A stretch of 64,000 nucleotides of DNA from a bacterium (GTDB lineage Bacteria; Electryoneota; Electryoneia; Electryoneales; Electryoneaceae). The notes below the pieces were generated by a model. That model did not search any database. It was not told the DNA's origin and saw only the letters and a list, made by a program, of their open reading frames with translations. Position numbers and translations under genes: made by a program. Within the stretch, counting starts at the first letter, position 1. Each line of letters begins with the position of its first letter. Below are positions 1 to 9,248 of the stretch, one piece after another. Location of the stretch: assembly GCA_963669175.1 (NCBI GenBank), contig OY769902.1, positions 1,888,001 through 1,952,000 on the forward strand, read 5' to 3'.

Positions 1-177
1 CTGATCGACGCGACCCGTAATTCCGGCCTGCCCATCAAACCGTTGGCTCAGATTAAGGACGAAGTTGAGAGACTTATCGGTGGCCCGCCCGCAAAACCAG
101 TGCTGGGCGACAAGGATGTAGCCGTGATCAAGTGGGTGGACGGTACAGTAATTGATACGGTTAAACAAGTGGTGTAA
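1..177 (+). CDS. citF: 3' end of citrate lyase alpha subunit / citrate CoA-transferase (partial)
   Basis: Frame 1 reads LIDATRNSGLPIKPLAQIKDEVERLIGGPPAKPVLGDKDVAVIKWVDGTVIDTVKQVV*, which resembles the CitF C-terminus (GDKxVAVIxxxDGTVIDxVxQV). Not in the ORF track. Confidence 0.7.
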   Translation: MIDATRNSGLPIKPLAQIKDEVERLIGGPPAKPVLGDKDVAVIKWVDGTVIDTVKQVV

Positions 178-179
178 GT

Positions 180-204
180 AATTAGGAATTAGGAATTAAG
201 AATT
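180..204. repeat. Short 7-bp tandem repeat (AATTAGG x ~3.5)
   Basis: aattaggaattaggaattaagaatt directly after the citF stop. Confidence 0.6.
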
Positions 205-341
205 GCGGACTAAAAATCGGAGAATTGGAAGACATCGCGGTGATCAACTTGGTATTCCGCCTGCTGAGGGTGCGACAATACTTTCGATACTCACTTTATT
301 AAAGAGAATGTTATCTGACAAGCTCCGCGATCAAGGCGATG

Positions 342-583
342 GAAAATCGGGACTGCTACGCTTTTCTGCAAGAGATGTTGCCTGTATATAAGGTGAAAAC
401 CTGGTTTTGCAGATAAACACTGCTTTTCTTAGCAGAAACAGTGCAGAAAAGGTAGCTGTCCCATGATTTTCCGGCTGATCTCGAACAATAGCAGGCGAAA
501 AATTCGGTACAGTCACCTTTTCATGAACCCTGATTTGATAGTCTTGCAGTTGCGAACATGAAAAGGTGACAGTCCCATTTTTC
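342..583. repeat. Cluster of four REP-like hairpins (A-tract/T-tract stems, GGGAC/CTGTCCC-type loops), subfamily 2
   Basis: 342 gaaaatcgggactgctacgcttttc; 446 gaaaaggtagctgtcccatgattttc; 497 gaaaaattcggtacagtcaccttttc; 560 gaaaaggtgacagtcccatttttc. Confidence 0.7.
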
Positions 584-738
584 GCTGTCCCCTGTCATCA
601 CTTCCTTACAAGAATTTCGATTGATTCTCTGTACAAGGTGTTGCGGACCGGAAAAGTGTCTTTATTTTAGAATAACCGAAGGAAAAGCTGTCCTGTAACT
701 GAGATATGATCCGGTCCACTATTCTATTGAGGACACTC

Positions 739-3051
739 ATGAAAAAGCGACTTTTTACCCTCATCCTTCTTGCAGGATTAATGTTCACTGCTGCCGGATT
801 CCTTCAGACAGCACATGCTCAATCCAGATCGTTACTGGATCAGGGATTGCTCTGGCAGGATGATCTGTTTATCAGGAACCACCATTACCGTCCCATTATG
901 GTGGATGACTATATCTACGTGGCAGGAAGGTATGGCATTTACCTGTATAAGCTGGAAGGGAATGATATTGTCCCCTGTGATACACTACCTGGAAACACCA
1001 TTACTGAAGGCAAGGATTTCTTCGTTCTAGACAGCCTGGTGATCTGGAGAAGCAGCAGGTTATATATTGCTGAACGGCGTGGTGACCGTCTTCATAGGAT
1101 CTATGAAGGGATTCCGGATTGGAATTGGGGCAACGATTGTATCTTTTCCAGCGACAGTTTACTGTTGCTAGGCGGCACGCTGATCAGTTTTCACGATCCG
1201 TATAACCCGCAAATTACCTGGCAGACTGACGAACTCCGGTTTGATAATAATACCATATTTCATGAAGGACACTTGATTTCTATCAATGAAAACTGGCATC
1301 CTGAAGTGAAAGTGTTTGATGTTTCGGACCCCTGGCAGCCAGTCCTGGTAGACAGCCTCTACATGAATAACCCGGTTCAACAGAATAACTGGCGGCCTAA
1401 AGCCATTGGAGATGTCATCGCTATTCCGGAGCGGGATCAGATCCGATTTTTCCACCTCAATGATGCTTTTGAAGTCGATAATGTGTACGCCTGGGAGAGC
1501 GATGAGTATTTCAACAACTGGGATAATATTGAAGTTCTTCGCGATTCGCTTTTTATCAGTTTTAACCGTATTCGTGCTGGGCAGTCTCCGTTGGCGGCTA
1601 TCTTTGATCCAGATGAATATCTGCAGGGTATCTGTATTGAGTTGGTGGAACTGGATGAAGACTGGACTGGATGGAGTACCGTTTCCTATGAATATCCCTA
1701 TTCGGCTTCAGGAAATAAATTCCTGATTTCTTCCACCAATACGACGGATTCCAGATTGTTTGATTTTACCTGTTTGGAAACTCCCACCATGGCGATGGCG
1801 ATTGATCGTGACGCAGTCTACACTTATGGGGGTGGCTTGTATGATTTAAATGGTGACTATCTTTTGAAAGAAGAAGGGGGTCACCTGGTATTGTATAACT
1901 TGACAGTCTCGTCCACGCCAAGGGAGATTGCACGAACCAGAAATGCGCCTGGGGCAGCTGTTGCCAGTTTTTCTGTTCTGGATTCATCGGTTATTGTGTC
2001 CGGTTCTGATCAGGATACCAATGAATACGGATTGTATTACTTCATTATTCAGGAAGATGGTGATTTGCATTGCCACCGTATCTATTCCACATCTGAGGTG
2101 CCGACCTGCGAACAGAATAACATTGACTTGTTTGAGTATGAAGATGATCTGTATGAAGTAACCTACTGGGATAATACAGTTTACGTGAACAGGTTCGCTC
2201 CGCATCGTGTCGTCGTTGTCGCTACCCTGCAAGTTGGTGGTGGTGGCGTGAACAACCTGATCGTAAATGACCTGGGGATATTTTGCACGGTAGGTAATGG
2301 GATCAGTCCCCTGGTTTGGTGCTTGTATGATCCGGAAACAGAATCTCTGAGCCATCAGACTCAATTGAACTATAGTCATCCTGTCCAGGACACGGACAAT
2401 CTATGTTCTGGTGATGAATGGATCGGGGCGGGGAGCACCCTGTTTCGTTGTATAGATGGCGAGTTGGAAATGGAGCATGTGTTTCTGAATCAGAATGGGA
2501 CACAATGTGATGGTGTCATTTGTGCTGTCGGGAATGGGCGAATCGTCATCCAGAAAACAGACACCAACTCGCCAACATTTTTCATCTTTCCATTGGATGA
2601 GGATGGAGTTGTGCTGGGAGATACGCTTGGTATCGTGCATGATGTAACCGGGAATTATAGCTTCACACGGAACAATATCTGGGCGGAAAACACCAATGCA
2701 CTGATGCGTTTTCGCTTTAACGATATGGAATGTGCCTCAGATGAACATTCATTCTTCGAGCATGAGTTGCCCTCTGAAATGAGCCTGGCCGCTCCCTGGC
2801 CGAATCCGTTCAATTCGGAAACCCGTATTCAGTACCGGCTCCCGGAAGGAGGGATGGTGCGTTTGCGAGTGTTTGATATTCTGGGCCGCGAAGTACTACG
2901 CCTGCGTGATGGGGTGCAACCTGCCGGGCAGCATGAGGCGCGGTGGGATGGGACAACAAGGGATGGAATGGCGGTGGTGTCGGGCGTTTACTTCGTGCAG
3001 CTTGAATGCGAAGGTCGTCTGGCTGTGCAGAAAGTGCTGCTGGTGAGGTGA
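739..3051 (+). CDS. Secreted beta-rich (LVIVD/beta-propeller-like) protein with FlgD-Ig / T9SS type A C-terminal sorting domain
   Basis: Signal peptide MKKRLFTLILLAGLMFTAAGFLQTAHAQ (ATG 739, GAGGA RBS). C-terminus WPNPFNSETRIQY...VFDILGREV...SGVYFVQL...KVLLVR. Confidence 0.8.
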   Translation: MKKRLFTLILLAGLMFTAAGFLQTAHAQSRSLLDQGLLWQDDLFIRNHHYRPIMVDDYIYVAGRYGIYLYKLEGNDIVPCDTLPGNTITEGKDFFVLDSLVIWRSSRLYIAERRGDRLHRIYEGIPDWNWGNDCIFSSDSLLLLGGTLISFHDPYNPQITWQTDELRFDNNTIFHEGHLISINENWHPEVKVFDVSDPWQPVLVDSLYMNNPVQQNNWRPKAIGDVIAIPERDQIRFFHLNDAFEVDNVYAWESDEYFNNWDNIEVLRDSLFISFNRIRAGQSPLAAIFDPDEYLQGICIELVELDEDWTGWSTVSYEYPYSASGNKFLISSTNTTDSRLFDFTCLETPTMAMAIDRDAVYTYGGGLYDLNGDYLLKEEGGHLVLYNLTVSSTPREIARTRNAPGAAVASFSVLDSSVIVSGSDQDTNEYGLYYFIIQEDGDLHCHRIYSTSEVPTCEQNNIDLFEYEDDLYEVTYWDNTVYVNRFAPHRVVVVATLQVGGGGVNNLIVNDLGIFCTVGNGISPLVWCLYDPETESLSHQTQLNYSHPVQDTDNLCSGDEWIGAGSTLFRCIDGELEMEHVFLNQNGTQCDGVICAVGNGRIVIQKTDTNSPTFFIFPLDEDGVVLGDTLGIVHDVTGNYSFTRNNIWAENTNALMRFRFNDMECASDEHSFFEHELPSEMSLAAPWPNPFNSETRIQYRLPEGGMVRLRVFDILGREVLRLRDGVQPAGQHEARWDGTTRDGMAVVSGVYFVQLECEGRLAVQKVLLVR

Positions 3052-3058
3052 CTTTCTT

Positions 3059-3362
3059 GGCCCCGCCAGCTTGCTGGCGGCGGTCTATTCTAAATAAAAC
3101 AAAGAAGATAGTCCACTGATGTGTGAAAAATTGGGACAGACCCGTAGTGGTCTGTCCCATTTTTCGTTGCGGATCGGGGTACCCCTCCCTAAAAAGCGAC
3201 TACAGAAGGATTAGCTTTTTGAAATAAATTAAAATAAACCCCGCTGGGCAGCCGCTTCCACTTCGCTACAGCGTGCTTCAAGCCAGCGGGGCCAAATGCT
3301 TGTCATCCAACCCCGCAAGTAGTTTCTTTTTTACCTTTTTCACTTTCTACTTTTTTCACTTC
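3059..3362. repeat. Composite intergenic repeat region: inverted GC-hairpin module, GGGACAG hairpin, 9-bp-period T-rich repeat
   Basis: 3059-3100 is an inverted partner of 3225-3295 (ccccgctgg...ccagcggggccaa). Hairpin aaaaattgggacagacccgtagtggtctgtcccatttttc at 3126-3165. tttttcact-type repeat at 3322-3362. Confidence 0.7.
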
Positions 3363-3365
3363 TCC

Positions 3366-4937
3366 CTACTTCTTCCTCATCGTCACAACCGGCACGATCA
3401 TCTCTTCCAGTGATATGCCGCCGTGGAGGAAGGAATCACGGAACTTCTCCGCGTACCGATTGAACTCGTTGGGATAGACGAAGAAATGGTCCTCACGGGC
3501 CATGATCAGCTCATGGTTCATGCCTCCGCCTTCGATGCCCCAGGTTTCCGGTTCACGTACCCGTATGCCGTCCTTATCATTCACCTTCAGGTTACGGCCC
3601 TGTTTGTAGCGCAGGTTGGGTGAGGTGTCACGGTCGCCGACCACCTTTACCGGCTTACGTGCCCGGATGGAACCGTGGTCACTGGTCAGGACGATGGTCA
3701 CACCACGTTCGCCGAAGGTACGCAGCAGCTCAAACAACGGCGAATGCTGGAACCAGCTACGGACGATATCACGATAGGCCGCTTCGTCCGGGATCAGACT
3801 CTGGATGACTTCTTCCGTGCTGCGGTGATGCGCCACGATATCCACGAAGTTGAAGACCATGGAAACCAGCGGAATATCAAAGTAGTCCGATGCTTTCCGC
3901 AGGGTTCGCTGTGCTTCATCCGGGTCAAGGATCTTGGCGTACTTGGGCTCGGGCGATGGGAATGCGCCACGTGCTTTCAACTGGCGGTCCAGGAGCTGAC
4001 GTTCGAACCGGTTGAACGAGGCGATGTCTTCCTTATGCAGCCGCTTCCACAGGTCAGGATGAACCTGCGGGAATTGTACCGGCCAGAGACCGCTGAAAAT
4101 ACTGTTGCGTGAGAAAGGAGTGGCACTGGGTAGAATGGTAAAGTAGTGATCGGTTTCGATATCGAAATACGGGCGCAGCATGGGTTCTACCGCCATCCAG
4201 TGATCCAGACGCAGGCAATCCAGCACCAGGAACAGCACCGGCTCGCCTTTCTGCATCAGTGGCATCACCCATTCCGGGATAACGTCCAGGCTCAACGGGG
4301 GACGGTCTTCCCTGACCGAACGTACCCAGTAGGGATAGTTTTCTTCGACATAGCGTGCGAACAGGGCATTGGCCCCCTGCTGCTGTTCGTCCAGCAGTTC
4401 CTGCAAGCCGGGATCACGCAGGGTCTGGATGTCCAGCGCCCAGCGGGTCAAGCGTTCCTGCAAGTCGATCCATTCGTCCCATTCGAGAGGATCACGCAGC
4501 TCATCGTTGATCCTGTTCACCGCGGTGACATAATCCTGTGTGATACGGCGTGCGCTGATCTCACGTCCATCGAGCAGCTTCTTCAATGCGCTCTGGATCT
4601 GGCTGGGATTGACCGGCTTGGTCAGGTAATCGTCGATACGGCTGCCCAGGGCTTCTTCCATCAGCGATTCTTCTTCGCTTTTGGTGATCATGATGACCGG
4701 AAGGCCGGGCCGGATTTTTTTGAGACGCATGAGCGTGGCGATGCCGTCAAGTCCCGCCATCTGCTCGTCCAGCAACACCGCGTCGTAGTTCTCTCTCGCT
4801 ACCGCACGGACAGCATCTTCGCCGGAAGTGACCCCGTTGACTTCGTAGCCACGTTCACTCAGGAACATGATATGAGGTTGGAGCAGCTCGATTTCGTCGT
4901 CTGCCCAGAGGATTTTTTTCACTGCCATCGCTTGCAT
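3366..4937 (-). CDS. porX: PorX-type response regulator (receiver + PglZ alkaline-phosphatase-like domain)
   Basis: N-terminal receiver (ILWADDEIELL...LLDEQM...MITKSEEE...YLTKPVNP). PglZ motifs LDCLRLD, LPSATPFSRN, TSDHGS, FLHGGISLEEM. Likely start ATG 4937 with GGAG RBS. Confidence 0.9.
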   Translation of the reverse strand: MQAMAVKKILWADDEIELLQPHIMFLSERGYEVNGVTSGEDAVRAVARENYDAVLLDEQMAGLDGIATLMRLKKIRPGLPVIMITKSEEESLMEEALGSRIDDYLTKPVNPSQIQSALKKLLDGREISARRITQDYVTAVNRINDELRDPLEWDEWIDLQERLTRWALDIQTLRDPGLQELLDEQQQGANALFARYVEENYPYWVRSVREDRPPLSLDVIPEWVMPLMQKGEPVLFLVLDCLRLDHWMAVEPMLRPYFDIETDHYFTILPSATPFSRNSIFSGLWPVQFPQVHPDLWKRLHKEDIASFNRFERQLLDRQLKARGAFPSPEPKYAKILDPDEAQRTLRKASDYFDIPLVSMVFNFVDIVAHHRSTEEVIQSLIPDEAAYRDIVRSWFQHSPLFELLRTFGERGVTIVLTSDHGSIRARKPVKVVGDRDTSPNLRYKQGRNLKVNDKDGIRVREPETWGIEGGGMNHELIMAREDHFFVYPNEFNRYAEKFRDSFLHGGISLEEMIVPVVTMRKK

Positions 4938-4988
4938 CGCGTTTCTCCCTGATCGATTCTTCCACCTGTAAACGTGTTCACACATCGA

Positions 4989-5945
4989 TCAAGAAAACAG
5001 CGCGTTCTCCCAGTTTTGTTGTTCTTCCTGAGACATGATACCGGCGCGGGATGCCAGTCTTGCCGCAGCGACAGTCAGCACCCTGTACACGTCTTTCCCT
5101 AACGGATCGTTCCATTCCTCCAGGTGCGAGAGCACCGCCTTGAGATCACCCCGTCGCACCGGGCCGCTCATGGCCTGGAAGGATTCCCAGCCCCATTCCT
5201 CAGCAGGTGGTTTTTTCCAGTCCGGTTCAAGATTACGGACCATGCCCTTCACCAAAGGTAACAGGGCTTCTATTGCTTCACGTTCATTTTCAACGATGCC
5301 CTGCAAACGTGTCGCTCCCAATTCCATCAAGATCGGAAGAAAATTGGATGCCAACACACAGGCATGGTGATAACGTATCCGGTCTTCCGCAGCGACACGT
5401 ATCGGGTGTGCCCCCAGCAAACGCGCCATCTCCACCGCAACCGGCCAGGCATCTTCATCCGCGGTGACCCCGACATGAATGCTGTTGAACTTGCCTTCCG
5501 GAACCTTGTCCGAACAGGTGAAACTCTGCATTGGGTGCCAGGCCATGCGCAGGAAACCGAGATCAGCCAGTGGAGCCAGTGGCTCCAGACCATAACGTCC
5601 GGCGAGGTGCGTTACGACCGGACGATGTTCCTGGCTTCCGAAAGATATGCCACTTCTTATCGCGTTGTCGGCAATGTTGGCGGCTACGTTTTGAATCTCA
5701 TTATCGGGAACAGCGAGAATCAAAAGGTCGACATCAACGGGGAGAGTGTCCAGCATGAAAACATCACGTCCATCGGAAGCGGCAGTTTGAGCATGGGTAT
5801 CCTGTTTCTGCAAGGCGATACCCATCGGTTTGATACCACGCCTCATCAATCCTCGTGCGAGGGGACGTCCCACCGCGCCATACCCGACCATGGAAAAAGT
5901 GCTGATCTTTTTAGAGGCAGGTTGACGCGATGCAGGATTCATCAT
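4989..5945 (-). CDS. Rossmann-like + DUF2520 oxidoreductase (PanG-like)
   Basis: GYGAVG Rossmann motif, LAVPD, HPMQSF, YHHACVLASN, SGPVRRGD. Confidence 0.85.
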   Translation of the reverse strand: MMNPASRQPASKKISTFSMVGYGAVGRPLARGLMRRGIKPMGIALQKQDTHAQTAASDGRDVFMLDTLPVDVDLLILAVPDNEIQNVAANIADNAIRSGISFGSQEHRPVVTHLAGRYGLEPLAPLADLGFLRMAWHPMQSFTCSDKVPEGKFNSIHVGVTADEDAWPVAVEMARLLGAHPIRVAAEDRIRYHHACVLASNFLPILMELGATRLQGIVENEREAIEALLPLVKGMVRNLEPDWKKPPAEEWGWESFQAMSGPVRRGDLKAVLSHLEEWNDPLGKDVYRVLTVAAARLASRAGIMSQEEQQNWENALFS

Positions 5946-6400
5946 TCGACTCCTTCAACATGGATGCCGTTTCGTCTGAACAGGGCGACAGTAACACCTT
6001 CACCGTCAACACGTTTGCCGCCGACCTTGATGCCGTCACAACCGCAGGATGGGCTGTTCGTCTTCATCAGCGCCTGGGTTGCGCCGGTGATACGTGCGAT
6101 TTTGAGCGCTGCCTGGGCGCCTTTGATGAACTCATTGGATACGTCCTTGCCGGTTTCGATCTGGACTACATGGGCGGTTCCGTCAAGAACATCGTCACCA
6201 CTCCCGCCACGGATCTCTGCGGCTGGGCGTGGAGTCGGCAAACCGCCCAACTGTTCCGGACAAACCGGAATCAGTTCCAGTTCTTCGGTCTCGAAACGCT
6301 TGCTCAGCTCTTCCGACCAACTGTGGTTACCGTCATACCGGCAGTGAATGCCCATCAGGCAGGCAGACACCAGCGTTTTTGTCTTCTTTTCCGTAGCCAT
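5942..6400 (-). CDS. DUF523 family protein (2-thiouracil desulfurase TudS-like)
   Basis: VSACLMGIHCRYDG, CPEQLGGLPTPR, KTNSPSCG. Likely start MATEKK at 6400. Confidence 0.85.
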   Translation of the reverse strand: MATEKKTKTLVSACLMGIHCRYDGNHSWSEELSKRFETEELELIPVCPEQLGGLPTPRPAAEIRGGSGDDVLDGTAHVVQIETGKDVSNEFIKGAQAALKIARITGATQALMKTNSPSCGCDGIKVGGKRVDGEGVTVALFRRNGIHVEGVE

Positions 6401-6569
6401 TGGTTTTCGCACCCGTTGATGAACCCTGAACCTTCTTGAAAGATACAGAGAAGCGGCATTTATTCCAATTGATGACGGTGCGGAAACAGGGGTGTATGGG
6501 GAATAAGTAGCCCGGTCATGCCTGGCCGGGTCATGCTTCAACTCAAACGAACTCTGATTGAAGAACCTC

Positions 6570-6779
6570 GAGATCCCCGTTCAAGCCGGGGATGACATAT
6601 ATACCGGGGATGACATATATACCGGGGATGACATATATACCGGGGATGACATATATACCGGGGATGACATATATACCGGGGATGACATATATACCGGGGA
6701 TGACATATATACCGGGGATGACATATATACCGGGGATGACATATATACCGAGGATGACATATATGCCGAGGATGACATA
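6570..6779. repeat. GTCATCCCC-type palindromic element followed by an 18-bp tandem repeat (9 perfect + 2 degenerate units)
   Basis: gagatccccgttcaagccggggatgac, then unit ccggggatgacatatata from 6586; the last two units read ccgaggatgac. Confidence 0.95.
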
Positions 6780-6818
6780 AAGTAGGAAAGTTGGTGATGA
6801 TACTTGATACGGATCTGT

Positions 6819-7060
6819 CAGCAAAAGGGGACTGTTTTCTTTTCGTCGCGTGGAGGTGAGATGTTTTGCGATACAGGTAATCGAAAAGGTGACTGTACCC
6901 TTTTGCCTGTGATCCAGCTTTTCGCTCTGATCGGTTTTCTGAGGTTGAGCTTCACCTCACCGAAAAGGGTACGGCTTCCTTTTCCGAACCTGCATCAAGA
7001 GAGTCTTGAATATGGCGCGGAGAAAAGGATTCCGTCCCCTTTTCGTGCCTGTCTTCGTTT
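6819..7060 (+). repeat. Four-hairpin REP array (module A), copy
   Basis: H1 aaaaggggactgttttctttt, H2 aaaaggtgactgtaccctttt, H3 aaaagggtacggcttcctttt, H4 aaaaggattccgtcccctttt. Closely similar to 15414-15654. Confidence 0.9.
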
Positions 7061-7288
7061 TGAAAGACCACATGCGATACTACCATTCCGACGCACTCGT
7101 GGTGAAGTGATTCGAGATAACTTTTGTGTGAGTATTCCGGCAGCGTTTTGAGTTGAAGTATTCTCATGAGTACATCGGGCAACCCAACCTCTGTTTGCAG
7201 GGATGACATGTTTTTATATAAACAAGGGACCATCCCTTGGGGCAGTCCCTTGATATCATCCAACTAAACAGTTTGCAAAACAAATAAC

Positions 7289-9082
7289 CTACAAACCGAA
7301 CTTCACCTGTTCCCCGAACGAATCCGCGTATTCGAGTTCCTTCAGGTAGGTGTCGCCATCTTTTTTGAAGCGCGGGAAAATCAGGCCACGTCCCAGCGGG
7401 AAATCGGACGTCCGTTTTTCAACTTCCGGCTTCAGATCATCGGTAAAGACAATAGCCTCACGCAACGCGATGACTCCAGCTTTGTTTCCGCTGGCTTTCA
7501 GGTCGCCAACCTCTTTCAGCATAGCGGCGACAGCATCATGCGCCTTGTCGAAATCCCAGGCGAACTTCGTCTTGCCGTCCTCTTCGACCTTCATAATGAT
7601 GCCCTGATCGAGGAAGCGGTGGAACATGCCGTTACGCGCTTTGTTGTGAGCCTGTACCGGATCGAACTTCAGGCTGGTGATCATGCTGATCAGCATGTTG
7701 TCGTAGCAGGCTTTCTGTTCGTCAGCCGTTATCACGCCATCATCTACCAGTAGTTGCGAGGACCACATGCCGAACAGTTCTGCACGGCTTTCCTCCAGCC
7801 AGGAATACTCGTCTTCGAGGTAATCTCGTGCCTGCCCCTTGCTGTGTTCTGGGTCCATTTTTCCCGTTGTGTGGCCGATCTCATGCAGCGCGCTGTGGAG
7901 CTGGCCGCCGTCGAACAGGAGTTCCTTCACCGTCTCGAATTCGGCTTTGGTCAGGAATTCTTCCGACGCAAGGCTGCCGGCAACCTTGTGGACTGCACGT
8001 CCGGTGTTGACATAAACCATGTTCACTGTGCCGACATTCTGGATAACCCAGTCATCATTCGGCAGGCTCTGTGCGATGGTGGTGAAGGGGCCGGTAACAT
8101 AATCGCCAGCCCAGGTCAGGACATCAACGAATTTCAGCTTGGGTAACGTAGCCGGATCGATGGTTTCGCGACGGTGTGTCCAGGGCGCGTTGGCCTCCCA
8201 CGCCTGCACATGATCGACCAGCGCTTTAAGCAGCGCTTCCGCTTCACGATTGACGACATAGACACCACCCGATGCCGCACCACGAGCGTTCTTGAAGTTG
8301 TCGAGATAAACTTCCAATGCTGTGCTGATCACGATATCAACATCACAGGTATGCTTGATCCAGGTGTAATCCGCGAGACGACGTGCTTCTTCCAGCCCGG
8401 TCTCGAGTTCCATGATCTTGGCGTCAAGGTAAAGCTTGAAACTGGGACAGGAGGTCAGGTCACGTGCGATCTTGAGATGATCAACCGCCGGACGGATTTT
8501 GTCCTCATACCAGTCTTCATTGCGTGCTACCACAGCCAGTCCGGTTTCGTCGCGGATGACAATGCTGTTGACCATGTTCGCCGCTTCACCCAGTGAGTTG
8601 AATTCTTCTTCGCTGAAGTCGCGCGGGTAGAAATTGGCCAGGTCCGGGGTGGGCATGGGGTGCGTCAAGAGAACGCCAACATCGGACAGATCCAACATTG
8701 CAGTTCCACCGGCGTTTTCCGCCAATGTCTGCAACTCGTCCATCGGGATATCGAGCAGGCAGTTTTTCCGTGGCAGCAGGGCATAGGGGCTGTTCTGCAA
8801 GTCTATCATTGCAGCATAGTCTGCCAGTTTCTGCCTGTTATCGCCTTCGGCTACTGCGAGCAGCGCATGCACGAGGCGACGAATGGTCGATGTTTTCGGT
8901 TCATACTGTTCACGAAAGATCGGGTTCATGGCGTCAGCAGCTTCAACCAGATGTCCCAATACCTGAACGTCTTCATCGCTTAAAGCATCAACAGGAAAAT
9001 CCACCTGGACAATCGCCGCTTTGCGTTGCGGTTCACCATGTTGACGATAGGGAATAAACTGAACTTCGGATGGTTGTGACAT
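7289..9082 (-). CDS. Peptidase M49 family (dipeptidyl peptidase III-like) zinc metallopeptidase
   Basis: ANFYPRD, AQSLPNDD, HEIGH zinc motif, LEESRAEL. Likely start 9082 with GGAGA RBS. Confidence 0.85.
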   Translation of the reverse strand: MSQPSEVQFIPYRQHGEPQRKAAIVQVDFPVDALSDEDVQVLGHLVEAADAMNPIFREQYEPKTSTIRRLVHALLAVAEGDNRQKLADYAAMIDLQNSPYALLPRKNCLLDIPMDELQTLAENAGGTAMLDLSDVGVLLTHPMPTPDLANFYPRDFSEEEFNSLGEAANMVNSIVIRDETGLAVVARNEDWYEDKIRPAVDHLKIARDLTSCPSFKLYLDAKIMELETGLEEARRLADYTWIKHTCDVDIVISTALEVYLDNFKNARGAASGGVYVVNREAEALLKALVDHVQAWEANAPWTHRRETIDPATLPKLKFVDVLTWAGDYVTGPFTTIAQSLPNDDWVIQNVGTVNMVYVNTGRAVHKVAGSLASEEFLTKAEFETVKELLFDGGQLHSALHEIGHTTGKMDPEHSKGQARDYLEDEYSWLEESRAELFGMWSSQLLVDDGVITADEQKACYDNMLISMITSLKFDPVQAHNKARNGMFHRFLDQGIIMKVEEDGKTKFAWDFDKAHDAVAAMLKEVGDLKASGNKAGVIALREAIVFTDDLKPEVEKRTSDFPLGRGLIFPRFKKDGDTYLKELEYADSFGEQVKFGL

Positions 9083-9248
9083 GTGTATCTCCGGGTTAAT
9101 CATGTTGGCTTGTAAGAGGAGAAGGTAGCAGAGTCAGATAACCTTATCAACCTTGTGGCTCGGTTGATAAGTGATAGCTCGATCTGGATGTCAATGGATT
9201 GTTTTTCTTCAGTTCAAGGTTAGTGACGCGAGTTTGTCAAGTTTATTT

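Noticed and set aside
6543-6824. ORFs YVIPGI / GDDIYT / MSSPVY
   Set aside because: Translations of the 18-bp tandem repeat, open in several frames by chance.
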